This document shows, piece by piece, positions 44,142 to 54,890 of a DNA stretch of 64,000 nt. The stretch comes from an uncultured beta proteobacterium. Lineage in GTDB: Bacteria > Pseudomonadota > Gammaproteobacteria > Burkholderiales > Burkholderiaceae_C. The stretch spans positions 589,112 through 653,111 of the forward strand of contig CAVZUJ010000009.1 in the NCBI GenBank assembly GCA_963778525.1. The letters run 5' to 3'. A program made the translations under genes and the position numbers. The notes under the pieces were generated by a model. That model was not told the origin of the DNA. It made no database searches and saw nothing but the letters and a program-made list of their open reading frames with translations. The first letter of the stretch is position 1. Each line of letters begins with the position of its first letter.

Positions 44142-45212
44142 ATGGACGGCCAGACCGATCCCGAGACTTCGGCCAAGCCGGTGCTCGTCTATCCCTTCGA
44201 GGCGCCGCCGGAGCGCGGCCGCACGATCGAAGTGGCGCCGGGCGTGCACTGGGTGCGCATGCCGCTGCCGTTCATGCTCAACCACATCAACCTGTGGATC
44301 CTCGACGACGGTGCCGGCTGGGCGGTGGTCGACACCGGGGTGCGCACCGAGGACACGGCGGTCGTCTGGCGCGAGCTCTTCGCCAACGCGCCCGACCAGC
44401 GCACGTTGACCCGCGTCTTCGTCACCCACATGCATCCCGACCACGTCGGCATGGCCGGCTGGCTGACGCGCAAGTTCGGCGTGCGGCTGTGGATGTCGCG
44501 CCTCGAATACCTGACCTGCCGCGTCATGGTGTCCGACACCGGCCGCGAAGCGCCGGCCGACGCGCTCGCCTTCTATCGACAGGCGGGCTGGAAGCCGGCG
44601 GCGATCGAAACCTACAGCACCCGCTTCGGCAACTTCGGCAAGATGATCCATCCGCTGCCCGACAGCTTTCACCGCCTGCGCGACGGCGACGAGCTGCGCA
44701 TCGGCGCGCATCTCTGGCGCGTCGTCGTCGGCAGCGGCCATTCGCCGGAGCACGCCTGCCTGTATTGCCCGGAGCTGAAGGTGCTGATCTCGGGCGACCA
44801 GGTCTTGCCGCGCATCTCGTCGAACGTCTCCGTGAATCCGACCGAGCCCGATGCCGATCCGATGTCCGACTGGCTGGCCTCGCTCGCCAAGCTCAAGCGC
44901 GAGGTGCCCGACGACGTGCTCGTGCTGCCCTCGCACAACGAATGCTTTCGCGGCCTGCACGCCCGCCTCGACGCCCTGGCCAGCGGCCAGGAGAAGGCGC
45001 TGCTGCGTCTGCGCCGCTCGTTGCAGGAGCGCAAGCGGGCGATCGACGTCTTCGGTGCCCTCTTCGCCCGGCCGATCGGCGAGAGCGACGTGGCCCTGCT
45101 CGGCATGGCCACCGGCGAAAGCGTCGCTTGCCTGAACCATCTGGTCCGTCGCGGCGAAGCCAGCCGCGACCTCGACGCCGACGGCGTCGCCTGGTACCGG
45201 ATCGCGGCCTAG
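44142..45212 (+). CDS. MBL-fold metallo-hydrolase
   Basis: VFVTHMHPDHVGMAGWL (HxHxDH motif). Confidence 0.75.
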   Translation: MDGQTDPETSAKPVLVYPFEAPPERGRTIEVAPGVHWVRMPLPFMLNHINLWILDDGAGWAVVDTGVRTEDTAVVWRELFANAPDQRTLTRVFVTHMHPDHVGMAGWLTRKFGVRLWMSRLEYLTCRVMVSDTGREAPADALAFYRQAGWKPAAIETYSTRFGNFGKMIHPLPDSFHRLRDGDELRIGAHLWRVVVGSGHSPEHACLYCPELKVLISGDQVLPRISSNVSVNPTEPDADPMSDWLASLAKLKREVPDDVLVLPSHNECFRGLHARLDALASGQEKALLRLRRSLQERKRAIDVFGALFARPIGESDVALLGMATGESVACLNHLVRRGEASRDLDADGVAWYRIAA

Positions 45213-45254
45213 TCGCCGCCTCGTCGTCGACGCGCGCCCCGACGCGCTCGCGGC

Positions 45255-46226
45255 TTACTGCGCCTGCAGGTGCGCCGCCTTGGCGATGCGGGCGGCCGAG
45301 TCCATCTCGGTCCGGATGTAGGCATTGAAGGCGTCGGGCGACATCGGCAGGGGCTCGGCGCCGAGCTGCGTCAACCGCGCCTTCACCTCGGGCGAGGCGA
45401 GTGCTTTCAGCGTTTCCTCGTGCAGCTTGTCGATGATCGCAGGCGGCGTCTTGCTCGACACGATCATGCCGACCCAGAAGGTGTATTCCGATCCGGGCAC
45501 GCCGGCTTCGACGGTGGTGGGTACCTGCGGCAAGGTCGGCGCGCGCGTTGCCGTGCTGACCGCCAGCGCCTGCAGCTTGCCGCCCTGGATCAAGGGCAGC
45601 GCCGACGACAGCGGCGCGAAGAACCAGTCGACGCGCCCGGCGATGACGTCGTTCAGCGCCTCCGGCGTGCCCTTGAACGGAACGTGTTGCGCGTCGATGC
45701 CGGCCTGCAGCTTGAACTTCTCGGCGTTGAGGTGGGTGGCGCTGCCGATGCCGGCCGAGGCGTAGTTGAGCGCCCCGGGCTTGGCCTTCGCGGCCGCGAT
45801 CACGTCGGCCACCGTTTTCCAGCCGCGCGCCGGCGAGACGACCATCACGTTCGGCAACGCGGCGAGCGGCGTCACGCCGGTCAGGTCTTTCAGCGTGTCG
45901 TACGGCAGGTTCAGGTACAGCGACGGGTTCAGGGCATGGCCCGACGAATGCACGAGCACGGTGTAGCCATCGGGCTCGGCCTTGGCCACCTGTGCCGCCG
46001 CAATCGTGCCGCCGGCGCCGGGCCGGTTGTCGATGATGATGGTCTGGCCCATGTTGCGCCCCATCACTTCGCCGACGGTGCGGGCGATGACATCGGTGCC
46101 GCTGCCGGCGGTGAAGGGCACGACGAAATGGATCGGCCGGTTCGGATAACCTTGCGCCGCGGCGTTGCCGCAGATGCCGATGGCCGCGGCGGCGATGCAC
46201 GCGCCGATGATCGTTCTCAAGGTCAT
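45255..46226 (-). CDS. Tripartite tricarboxylate transporter substrate-binding protein (Bug/TctC family)
   Basis: 323 aa with signal peptide; typical Bug-family length and termini. Confidence 0.85.
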   Translation of the reverse strand: MTLRTIIGACIAAAAIGICGNAAAQGYPNRPIHFVVPFTAGSGTDVIARTVGEVMGRNMGQTIIIDNRPGAGGTIAAAQVAKAEPDGYTVLVHSSGHALNPSLYLNLPYDTLKDLTGVTPLAALPNVMVVSPARGWKTVADVIAAAKAKPGALNYASAGIGSATHLNAEKFKLQAGIDAQHVPFKGTPEALNDVIAGRVDWFFAPLSSALPLIQGGKLQALAVSTATRAPTLPQVPTTVEAGVPGSEYTFWVGMIVSSKTPPAIIDKLHEETLKALASPEVKARLTQLGAEPLPMSPDAFNAYIRTEMDSAARIAKAAHLQAQ

Positions 46227-46266
46227 TGAAGTCTCCTTTTTCCTTGTCGTTGCTGTGGTGTCGGCG

Positions 46267-47607
46267 TCAATGCGCGAGGCCGAGCGCGGAAGTGATCTTG
46301 CGGCCCGAGCGATTCAATGCCGCCAGCAGTGGCGGCAGGTCGACATCGAGCAATTTTCCATCGCGCTTCTTCCAGCGGCCCGCGACCATGACGCTGTCGA
46401 TGTTGGCCAGAGAGGCCTGGAACACGATGGCGCTGACCGCGTCGTGCACCGGCTGCATGTTGAGATCGCTGGCGCGGATGAGCACGAGGTCGGCCTGCTT
46501 GCCGGCGGCGAGCGAGCCGATGCGGCTTTCGGCGCCGAGCATCTTCGCGCCTTCGATCGTGATCCACGACAGCGCTTCGCGCACGGTGACCGTCGAGGTC
46601 GGCGGGATGCTGCCGTGCGCCTCGCGCCAGGCGACGTTGTCGAGCGAGCGCTGCATGCCGAGGGCGACGCGGGCCTGCGTGATCATGTCGCCGCTCAGCA
46701 CGCTCTCGAGATCGACGCCGAGCGAAGGCGCGCGCCCGAAGGCGCGCAGCCGGCCCGTGATCGGATGGCCGTGGCCCTGCGACATCTCGTTTTCGGCGGC
46801 CACCGAAAAGCTCATGCCGAGCCCGCAGAAGCGGCCGAGCTGGGCATCGCTCAAGGCGTGGCCGTGGACGATGTTGACGTGCGGCCCGAGCAGGCCTTCG
46901 GCCTCGAGCCGGTCCCAGCCTTCGGGCGTGCGCGCTGCCCCGCCGCCTTGATGCAGCGACGCGATGAGGCCGAGCTCGCGCGCCATCCGGAAGTCGTGCA
47001 GGGCGACCTCGAGTGTCGAGTAGTGCGGGCCGAGCACGGCCACGCCGATGTCGAGCAGCGGCTGGCCGTGGTGCCGGGCCAGCAGGCGCTCGACCTCGGC
47101 GCGCGGGTGCGGCACTTCCCAGAACGGCCGCTCGCCCGGCTTCGGGTCGGGCTTGGGCGTGCCGTGGAAGAAGCGGGCGCGGATGCCCGACTGCAGCAGG
47201 CCGTCGACGGCGGCGTCGTTGTGCGCGGGCGTCGGGTTGTTGTGGCACCAGTCGACCAGCGTCGTGGTGCCGCAGTTGAGCTGGTTCAGGGCACCGACGA
47301 GCGTGGCGATGTGCAGGTCTTCGGGCTCGAACACGGTCGCCAGGCCGGCGTGCATCTTGGCGAAGTACTCGAGCAGCGTCCAGTTCGCGGCGACCCCGCG
47401 CAGCGCCGTCTGCCAGGTGTGCATGTGGGCGTTGACGAGGCCGGGGATGGCGATGAAATTCGCGGCATCGACGATCTCGCAGTCATCGGCGTGCACGGAC
47501 GGCGCGATCTCGACGATGCGCTCGCCATCGACCAGGATGTCGCCGCGCGGCAGGTCGCCCTGCGCGTCCATCGTCAGCACGCTGGCGCCGCGGATGAGCG
47601 TGCGCAT
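46267..47607 (-). CDS. Amidohydrolase (metal-dependent deaminase / chlorohydrolase family)
   Basis: IPGLVNAHMHTWQTALRG...; 446 aa, intact. Confidence 0.8.
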   Translation of the reverse strand: MRTLIRGASVLTMDAQGDLPRGDILVDGERIVEIAPSVHADDCEIVDAANFIAIPGLVNAHMHTWQTALRGVAANWTLLEYFAKMHAGLATVFEPEDLHIATLVGALNQLNCGTTTLVDWCHNNPTPAHNDAAVDGLLQSGIRARFFHGTPKPDPKPGERPFWEVPHPRAEVERLLARHHGQPLLDIGVAVLGPHYSTLEVALHDFRMARELGLIASLHQGGGAARTPEGWDRLEAEGLLGPHVNIVHGHALSDAQLGRFCGLGMSFSVAAENEMSQGHGHPITGRLRAFGRAPSLGVDLESVLSGDMITQARVALGMQRSLDNVAWREAHGSIPPTSTVTVREALSWITIEGAKMLGAESRIGSLAAGKQADLVLIRASDLNMQPVHDAVSAIVFQASLANIDSVMVAGRWKKRDGKLLDVDLPPLLAALNRSGRKITSALGLAH

Positions 47608-47608
47608 C

Positions 47609-48533
47609 TCAGCTTTCCAGGCCGTCGCTCAGCTTGACGTTCTCGGGCTTCAGTTCGAGCCCGGCGTCGCGCGCCGTCTCCTGCAGCAGGATCGCGAAGT
47701 CGACATGGTCGTGCCCGCGGCCGACCATGCGCGCCACCGACTCGCGCGTCGCCGCCGCCGCCGGCATCGCCACGCCGTAGGTCTTTGCGGCGGCCATGCC
47801 GAGGTCCATGTCCTTCAGCAGCAGCTTGGGCGTGAAGGTGACCTGGTCGAAGGTGAGGTTGGTGAGCGTCGGCGACTTGTAGCGCGTGTACATCGAGCCG
47901 AGCACCGAGTCGTTGATGCTTTCGAGGAACACATGACGCGGGATGCCGGCCTTCTCGGCCAGCACCGTGATCTCGCACAGGTTCTGGATCACGACGCCGA
48001 ACATGGTGTTGTGCGCGATCTTCCAGATCCGCGCCAGCTCGCCTTCGCCGACCCACATCACCTTGCGCGCCATCGCCTGCAGGTACGGCTCGGCGCGATC
48101 GTAGAGGGCGCGTGGCCCCGACGACACCATCAGCAGCTTGCCGGCCTTGGCCACCTTGGCGTTGCCGGAGACCGGCGTGCAGAGGTAGTCGACGCCCGAG
48201 CGCCTCGAGGCCGGCGCGGATCTCGGCCGAGCCTTCCTGCGAGATCGACGAGCTGTCGACCACGACCTTCGGCTTCGCGCTGCCGGCGACGAGGCCGCCC
48301 TCGGCGAACAGCACTTCCTTCAGGTCATCGGTGGTCGAGACCATCGTGAAGACGATGTCGCAGCCCGCCAGGTCCTGCCGTGCGGCGGCAACGCTTGCGC
48401 CGTATTCAGCGAGCGGCTCGGCCTTGCTGCGGGTGCGGTTCCATACGGTCACGGCGTGCCCGCCCTTGAGCAGGCGCTTGACCATCGCCTCGCCCATCCG
48501 GCCGAGGCCGATCCATCCCAATCGATCGCTCAT
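47609..48533 (-). CDS. NAD-binding 3-hydroxyisobutyrate / 6-phosphogluconate dehydrogenase-like oxidoreductase, apparent frameshift ~48165
   Basis: MSDRLGWIGLGRMGEAMVKRLLKGGHAVTVWNRT... plus the C-terminal half AKAGKLLMVSSGPRALYDRAEPYLQAMARKVMWVGEGELARIWKIAHN... (ORF 47609..48154). Confidence 0.75.
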
Positions 48534-48614
48534 TGCAGACCTCGTCTTCGGTGTCCGGGTCGATGCTAACCACCGCTGGAGTAGATTGCCTGCTCGATCG
48601 AACCGGGAGGAGAC

Positions 48615-50716
48615 ATGAACCGAGCTGCTCTTGTCGCGGCGGCGAGCGCGCTCGCATTCGCCCTGTGCCCGCCCTGCCAGGCTCGCGTGACACGCATCGT
48701 CATCGACGCGGTCGGGCCGCTGCCCGAGGCGAGCCCCGCATCGCCGATCGCCTACGAGCAGGTCGCCGGCCGGGCCTTCGGCGAGCTCGACCCAGCGTTG
48801 CCTCGCAACGCGATCATCCAGGACATCGAGCTGGCCAGGGACGCCGAAGGCAAGGTCCGCTACGTCGCCTCGTTCCTGATCTACAAGCCGGTCGACATGA
48901 GCCTGGCGAGCGGCCTGATGTGGCACGACGTGCCCAACCGCGGCCGCGTCTATCCGTTCGCGGCCCAGGAGCGCGCCTTCGGCGACGTCGATCTGGCCAG
49001 CGCCTGGCAGGGCGACAACAGCGGTGCGACTGCCGTGCGGCCGACGGCGAGCCTCGGTGGCATGCAGTTCCTGCAGGTGCCGGTCGCCCACGGCCGCGAT
49101 GGCGCGCCGGTGCTCGGGCGCGTCCTCGGCCGCATCGTCAATCGCTCCGGCCCGGCATCGCAGCCCTTGCTGGTGCAGACCAATCCGGTGCCGTACCGGC
49201 CGTTCAGCCTCGACACGAAGCTGGCCAAGCTGGTCTCGCGCGGCGGCGAGAACCAGCACGGCGAGGTGATCGACGAAGTCGTCGTCGCGCCCTCGGACTG
49301 GGCCTGGGCGCGCTGCGACGCGGAGCATCCCTTTCCCGGCACGCCCGACCCGACCCAGGTCTGCCTGAAGAACGGCTTCGATGCGGCTCGGCTCTACCAG
49401 GTGGCCTTCGTCGCCGCCGATCCTTACGTGCTCGGCATCGGCTTCGCGGCGTGGCGCGATGTCGGCGCGTTCTTCAAGACGGCGCAGGCCGACGATGTCG
49501 GCACGCCGAACCCGCTCGCGCGCGGCATGAAGTACAGCATCGCGCGCGGCGTCTCGCAGTCGGGCAACTTCCTGCGCGGCTGGCTGCACCTCGGCTTCAA
49601 CCAGAGCGAAGACGGAAGCCGGGTGCACGACGGCATGTGGCCGATCATCGCCGGCCGACGCATCGCGCTCAACTTGCGCTGGGCCCAGCCCGACGGCGTG
49701 CTCGAGCTGTATCAGCCCGGCAGCGAAGGGCCGCAATGGTGGCTGCCGCATGCAGACGCGGCGCGCGGCATCGCCGCCGCCGGCATCCTCGACCGCTGCA
49801 TCGCGTCGCGCACCTGCCCGAAGATCATCGAGCACTTCGGCTCGGCCGAAGTCTGGGCGCTGAAGCTCACGCCCGAATGGGTCGGCACCGACGGCAAGGC
49901 CGACCTGCCGCTGCCCGACAACGTGCGCCGCTACTACATCGCCAGCTCGACGCACGGCGGCGGCGCCGGCGGCTTCGACAGCAGCCTGCCCGACGTCGGC
50001 CTGCCGACGACCGGCCCCGAGTGCCCGGGCAACAACTTCGGCGTCGGTACGCTGCCGGCCAACCCGATGCCGCACACGCAAACGGTCAACGCCCTGCGCG
50101 TTCACTTTCGCGACTGGGTCATGAAGGGCACGCCGCCGCCGCCGAGCCGCTACCCGATGCTGGCCGAGGGCACGCTGGCTCGCGCCGACAAGGCCTCGAT
50201 CGGCTTTCCCGATCTGCCCGGCCTGCGCGCGACGGTGCCCGAGTCCGACTTCATCATGCCGGTGCTCGACTACGACTTGGGCCCGCGCTTCATCGCCGTC
50301 GACGGCTCGGGCATCCTGGGCAACGTTCCGCCGCCGATCAGGAAGGTGCTGACCATGTACGCGCCGAAGGTCGACGCCGACGGCAACGAGCTCGGCGGCG
50401 TGCCGGTCGTGCTGCGCGATGCACCGCTCGGTACCTACCTCGGCTGGAACATCACCGCGAAGGTCGCGACAAGCCCTTCCACAAGGGCCAGATCTGCGAC
50501 TACGTCGGCGGCATGCTGCCGTTCGCGCGAACAGCCGAAGAGCGCCAGGCCAGCCACGATCCGCGTCCGTCGCTGGCCGAGCGTTACGGCTCGCACGAAG
50601 GCTACGTCGACCGTGTCGCGAAGGCCGCGGCGCGGGCCGTGAGCGAAGGATTTCTGCTGCCCGAAGATGCTGCGTCGCTGGTGCGCGCGGCCGACGCGAG
50701 CCAGGTGCTGCGCTGA
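48615..50716 (+). CDS. Secreted hypothetical protein (~700 aa), apparent frameshift ~50465
   Basis: Signal peptide MNRAALVAAASALAFALCPPCQA; long ORF with coding-like composition; the tail is recovered in a second frame (...GRDKPFHKGQICDYVGGMLPFARTAEERQ...SQVLR*); no family recognised. Confidence 0.55.
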
Positions 50717-50730
50717 GAGAAACGCGCGGG

Positions 50731-50988
50731 CTAGCGCTCGGTCAGGCCCATCACCGCCGAGACCACGGCCTCGTCGAAGGATCCCGGGACGCCGTCGACG
50801 ACCGGTTTGTCATTGCGCGCCTGCTCTAGCGAGCGTTCCTCTTCGGCCATCAGCAGCGTATGACGCTCGACGGCTGAATAGACGATCGATTCAGGCAGCG
50901 TGGCGCCGCAGGATTCGCACTTCGGATAACGGCGATTGAAGACGCGAAAGCCGCAGGCGGGGCAGGCGGGCGCGGCGGGAAGGTCCAT
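50731..50988 (-). CDS. Small zinc-ribbon protein
   Basis: CPACGFRVFNRRYPKCESCGATLP (two CxxC pairs). Confidence 0.4.
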   Translation of the reverse strand: MDLPAAPACPACGFRVFNRRYPKCESCGATLPESIVYSAVERHTLLMAEEERSLEQARNDKPVVDGVPGSFDEAVVSAVMGLTER

Positions 50989-51086
50989 GGCTTCGCTCCG
51001 GTTCGGGACAGTCGAGCAAAGTTAGCCCGCCGCGCCGACATCGCGTTCAAGACGACGAGCCGGGCTGGCGTAGGAATCGCCTGTCA

Positions 51087-51801
51087 GCGCGGGCCCGCGG
51101 GGTCGGACCGGCGCGGCGCGTACCAGAGGCCCAGGCGCGAGCGGTCCTGCACGCCGGCTCGGCCGGCCATCATGATGCGAGGCCGCGGCGCCGATCAGCT
51201 CCCAGCCCGAATAGGTGCGCAGCTTGCGCCCCGAGGTGAGCACCGATTCGCGCAGGATCACGAACTCGCCGAGCGCGCGCAGCCGTTTGCACAGGCGCAG
51301 CTCCTCGGCAGCGAACAGCGCTTCGTCGAAGCCGCCGACCGCTTCGAAGGCGGCGCGCGACGCGAAGAGAAAGCAGCCGCCGGTGAACTTCATCCGCCGT
51401 GCCAGCCAGATGCCGATGGGCAGCACCCACTTCACCCAGCGTGGCGTCGGTTCATCGAAGCGCACCGCCGCGCCGCCACCGACCGCGCCCTCGGCCATCA
51501 CGCGGCCGACGCCCTGCACGACGTCGCCGGCGATGAGCGTGTCGGCGTCGACGAAGACGAAGGTGTCGCCCGCCGCTGCCCGCGCGCCGGCATTGCGCGC
51601 TGCCGCGATCTGCCGGCATGCCACGCTGACGACGCGAGCGCCGGCTGCCGCGGCAAGCGCCCCGGTGCGGTCGCTGCAGGTGTCGGCGACGACGATGATC
51701 TCGTGCGCTGCTCCTGCAGCCAGCGCGGCCCCGGCGATGGCGCGAACCGCCGCGTCGATCGAGGCCTCTTCGTCGTGAGCGGGAACGATGAACGACAGCA
51801 T
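51087..51801 (-). CDS. Family 2 glycosyltransferase, apparent frameshift ~51165
   Basis: MLSFIVPAHDEEASIDAAVRAI...FVFVDADT...; the C-terminal ...GVQDRSRLGLWYAPRRSDPAGPR* lies in a second frame (manual translation). Confidence 0.6.
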
Positions 51802-51904
51802 GGTGCAAGGGCGTGGCACGGATCCCGCGAGAATGCCGCAGTTCGGCCGCACGCGGCAGGTCGAAGCGAGCCGGATTGCGCAAGTTCAACCAGAAGGAGC
51901 AGGC

Positions 51905-52417
51905 ATGACGATGAACGAGCAGCCTGATCACGAGCACTACATGGCGCTCGCCTTGCGCTGGGCCGCCCGGGGCCACGCCGAGGGCGGTTGCCCGATCGGC
52001 GGCGTCCTGGTGCACAACGAGAGCGGCCGGGTCCTCGGCGAGGGCCACAACGCGCTGGTCCAGGAAGGCAACCCGATCGTGCACGGCGAGATGGCGGCGA
52101 TGCGGGCCGCCGGCCGCCTGGCGAATCGGCACGACACGACGATGTACACGACGCTGCAGCCCTGCTTCATGTGTGCCGGCACGATCGTGCAGTTCGGCAT
52201 TCCGCGTGTCGTGATCGGCGACGTCGCCAACGCCTCGAGCGACGAGACCGTCCGCTTCATGCGCGGGCACGGCGTCGAGGTCGTCGTCATGGACCCGCAG
52301 GCGAGTCCGGCGGCACGCGGCTGCGTCGACCTGGTGGCGAGGTTTCGGCGCGAGCAGCCGGACCTGTGGCTCGAGGATTGGGGCGGCGGGCCGAACCCCG
52401 CCCTGGCGCCGGGTTGA
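51905..52417 (+). CDS. CMP/dCMP-type nucleoside deaminase (guanine deaminase / TadA-like)
   Basis: HAEMAAM...PCFMCAG zinc-ligand motifs; AAGGAG ribosome-binding site. Confidence 0.8.
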   Translation: MTMNEQPDHEHYMALALRWAARGHAEGGCPIGGVLVHNESGRVLGEGHNALVQEGNPIVHGEMAAMRAAGRLANRHDTTMYTTLQPCFMCAGTIVQFGIPRVVIGDVANASSDETVRFMRGHGVEVVVMDPQASPAARGCVDLVARFRREQPDLWLEDWGGGPNPALAPG

Positions 52418-52432
52418 GCCGCGCCGCGCCGG

Positions 52433-53284
52433 CTACTCGATGAATTGCGGTGCGTGCGCGATCGTCGCGTTCTGCGCCGAGTCGTGATTGATCCAGAGCT
52501 GGGCGTGCTCGGCCTTCATCAGCGCGTCGACCTTGTCCATCGATTGCTTCGACTGCCCGATGTCGAAGTTGAAGCCCGGCACCCGGCGGTTGTTGAAGTT
52601 GTCCATGAAATGGGCCACGTCGCCGCTGAGGATGACGGCGCCGGTCCTGGGCAGCCGCACCAGCAGCGACTGATGCCCGGGCGTGTGCCCGGGAGTCGAG
52701 ATGATCTTCACCGAGCCGTCGCCGAAGACGTCGAAGTCGCCGTTCAGCTTCACGGTCGGCACGGCGCGCAGCTTCTCGTAGGTGGCCGGCACGAAACCGA
52801 ACTTGGCGGGCTCGGGGCCGAACGCGGCGTCGTACTCGGCCTGCTGGATGTAGAGCGTGGCCGAGGTGAAGAGGTTGGCGTTGCCGACATGGTCGCCATG
52901 CGAGTGCGAGAACGCGAGGTACTTGATCTGCGCCGGCGCCACGCCGATCTCGGCGAGCTGGGCCGCCAGCGTCTTGCTGCGAAAGGCGCGCGAGTTGCGC
53001 GCCCCGAGCACCCCATCGGGCAGCGACGCGATCGCGTCGGCATAGCCCGAGTCCCACAGCATCCAGTCCTTGCCGTGCTGGATCAGGTAGCTGTTGTCGC
53101 TGAAGACCGCGGCCTGGCCGATGTTGAAGCCGGGCGACCACGGCGAGACGTCGGGGATGCGCGCCTCTCCGCCGTAGAGAACGTAGATGCGCTGCACGCC
53201 GGTGCCCGCCGGCGGCGCGGCCGGCGAGGTTGCGCCGCAGCTGGCGAGCAGGGCCAGGCCGGGCCATAGCAGCGCCCTCGCCAT
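52433..53284 (-). CDS. Exported MBL-fold hydrolase (N-acyl-homoserine-lactonase-like) lipoprotein
   Basis: Lipobox LALLASC; HSHGDH motif; the ORF track extends it to 53311. Confidence 0.75.
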   Translation of the reverse strand: MARALLWPGLALLASCGATSPAAPPAGTGVQRIYVLYGGEARIPDVSPWSPGFNIGQAAVFSDNSYLIQHGKDWMLWDSGYADAIASLPDGVLGARNSRAFRSKTLAAQLAEIGVAPAQIKYLAFSHSHGDHVGNANLFTSATLYIQQAEYDAAFGPEPAKFGFVPATYEKLRAVPTVKLNGDFDVFGDGSVKIISTPGHTPGHQSLLVRLPRTGAVILSGDVAHFMDNFNNRRVPGFNFDIGQSKQSMDKVDALMKAEHAQLWINHDSAQNATIAHAPQFIE

Positions 53285-53348
53285 CTTTTGCAGTCGTTGC
53301 AGATCGAACATCGCGGGCTCCCGGAGAAGGAATCGAGGGACGGACGGT

Positions 53349-54878
53349 TTACATCACCGCGCCGAGCGACCAGGGCACGAACTCGTTCTGCCCGTAGCCG
53401 TGCACTTCGCTCTTCGTCTTGCGCCCCGAGGCGGTGGCCAGCATCAGTTGGAAGATGCGCTCGCCCATCGCGTCGATGCTGGCCGTGCCGTCGATCACGT
53501 CGCCGCAGTTGATGTCGATGTCGTCTTCCTGCTTCTGCCAGAGCGCGGTGTTGGTCGAGAGCTTGAGCGAGGGTGAGGGTGCGCAGCCGTAGGCCGAGCC
53601 GCGGCCGGTCGTGAAGCAGATGAGGTTGGCGCCGCCGGCGACCTGGCCGGTGGCCGACACCGGGTCGTAGCCCGGCGTGTCCATGAAGACCAGGCCCCGG
53701 GTCGTCACCGGCTGCGCGTACTCGAACACGTCGGCGAGGTTGGTCGTGCCGCTCTTGGCGATCGCGCCCAGGCTCTTCTCGAGGATGGTCGTCAGGCCAC
53801 CGGCCTTGTTGCCCGGCCGAAGGGTTGTTGTCCATCTCGGCATCGTTGCGCTCGCAGTAGCGCTCCCACCAGCGGATGCGCGCGATCAGCTTGTCGGCGA
53901 CCGCCTTCGACACCGCGCGTCGCGTCAACAGATGTTCGCCGCCGTAGATCTCGGGCGTCTCCGAGAGGATGGCCGTGCCGCCATGGCGCACCAGCCGGTC
54001 GACCGCCGCGCCGAGCGCCGGGTTGGCACTGATGCCCGAGTAGCCGTCGGAGCCGCCGCATTGCAGCCCGACCATGATGTGGCTCGCCGGCACCGGGGTG
54101 CGCCTGGCCCGGTTCGCTTCTTCGAGGAGCCAGCCGACCAGCTCGATGCCGTGCGCCACCGTCTTCTTCGTGCCGCCGGTTTCCTGGATGTTGAAGGCGT
54201 GCAGCTGCGCGCCCGTGGCCAGGCTCTCCTGCTCGAGCATGCCGTTGATCTGGTTCGTCTCGCAGCCCAGGCCGACCACCATCACCGACGCGAAGTTCGG
54301 ATGCCGGGCATAGCCGCCGAGGGTGCGGCGCAGCACCTGCAGCGGCTCGCCGGCGCTGTCCGTGGCGCAGCCGGCGCCGTGCGTGAGCGCGATCACGCCA
54401 TCGACGTTCGGGAAGCGCTCGAGCGCCTGCGGATTCGTGTCGCGGCGAAAGTGATCGGCGATGGCGCGCGCCACCGTCGCCGAGCAGTTCACCGACGTGA
54501 GGATGCCGATGTAGTTGCGGGTCGCGACGCGGCCGTCGGCACGCACGATGCCGTCGAAGAGCGCCGGCTCGGCCACGTACTCGGTGGCGCGCGCGCCGCT
54601 CGCCGCTGCGTAGTCGCGCGCGAACGACGAGAACTCGAGGTTGTGCGTATGGACGTGCTGGCCGGGTGCGATCGCCTGCTTCGCGCTGCCGATGATCTGG
54701 TCGTAGCGGCGCACCGGCTCGCCGGCCGCGATCGCCCGGGTCGCGATCTTGTGGCCGGGCGGCACGAGGCCGATCACGGTGATGCTTTCGCTCGCGATGC
54801 GCGTGCCGCCGACGAGCTGCTGGCGGGCAATCACGACGTCGTCGTGCGGATGGATGCGAATGACAAGAGGGTCGCTCA
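53349..54878 (-). CDS. UxaA/GarD-family sugar-acid dehydratase (altronate/galactarate dehydratase-like), apparent frameshift ~53840
   Basis: MSDPLVIRIHPHDDVVIARQQLVGGTRIA (SAF domain) ...; C-terminus GNKAGGLTTILEKSLGAIAKSGTTNL...NEFVPWSLGAVM* in ORF 53349..53843. Confidence 0.8.
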
Positions 54879-54890
54879 TCGTCGTCGGGC

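Noticed and set aside
45213-45254. Possible bidirectional terminator between convergent MBL and TctC genes
   Set aside because: Only weak, imperfect inverted repeats and no T-tract; not supportable.
47574-50105. 843-aa minus-strand ORF
   Set aside because: Only its C-terminal roughly 120 codons correspond to the N-terminal half of the HIBADH-like gene. The rest is antisense to the secreted-protein gene.
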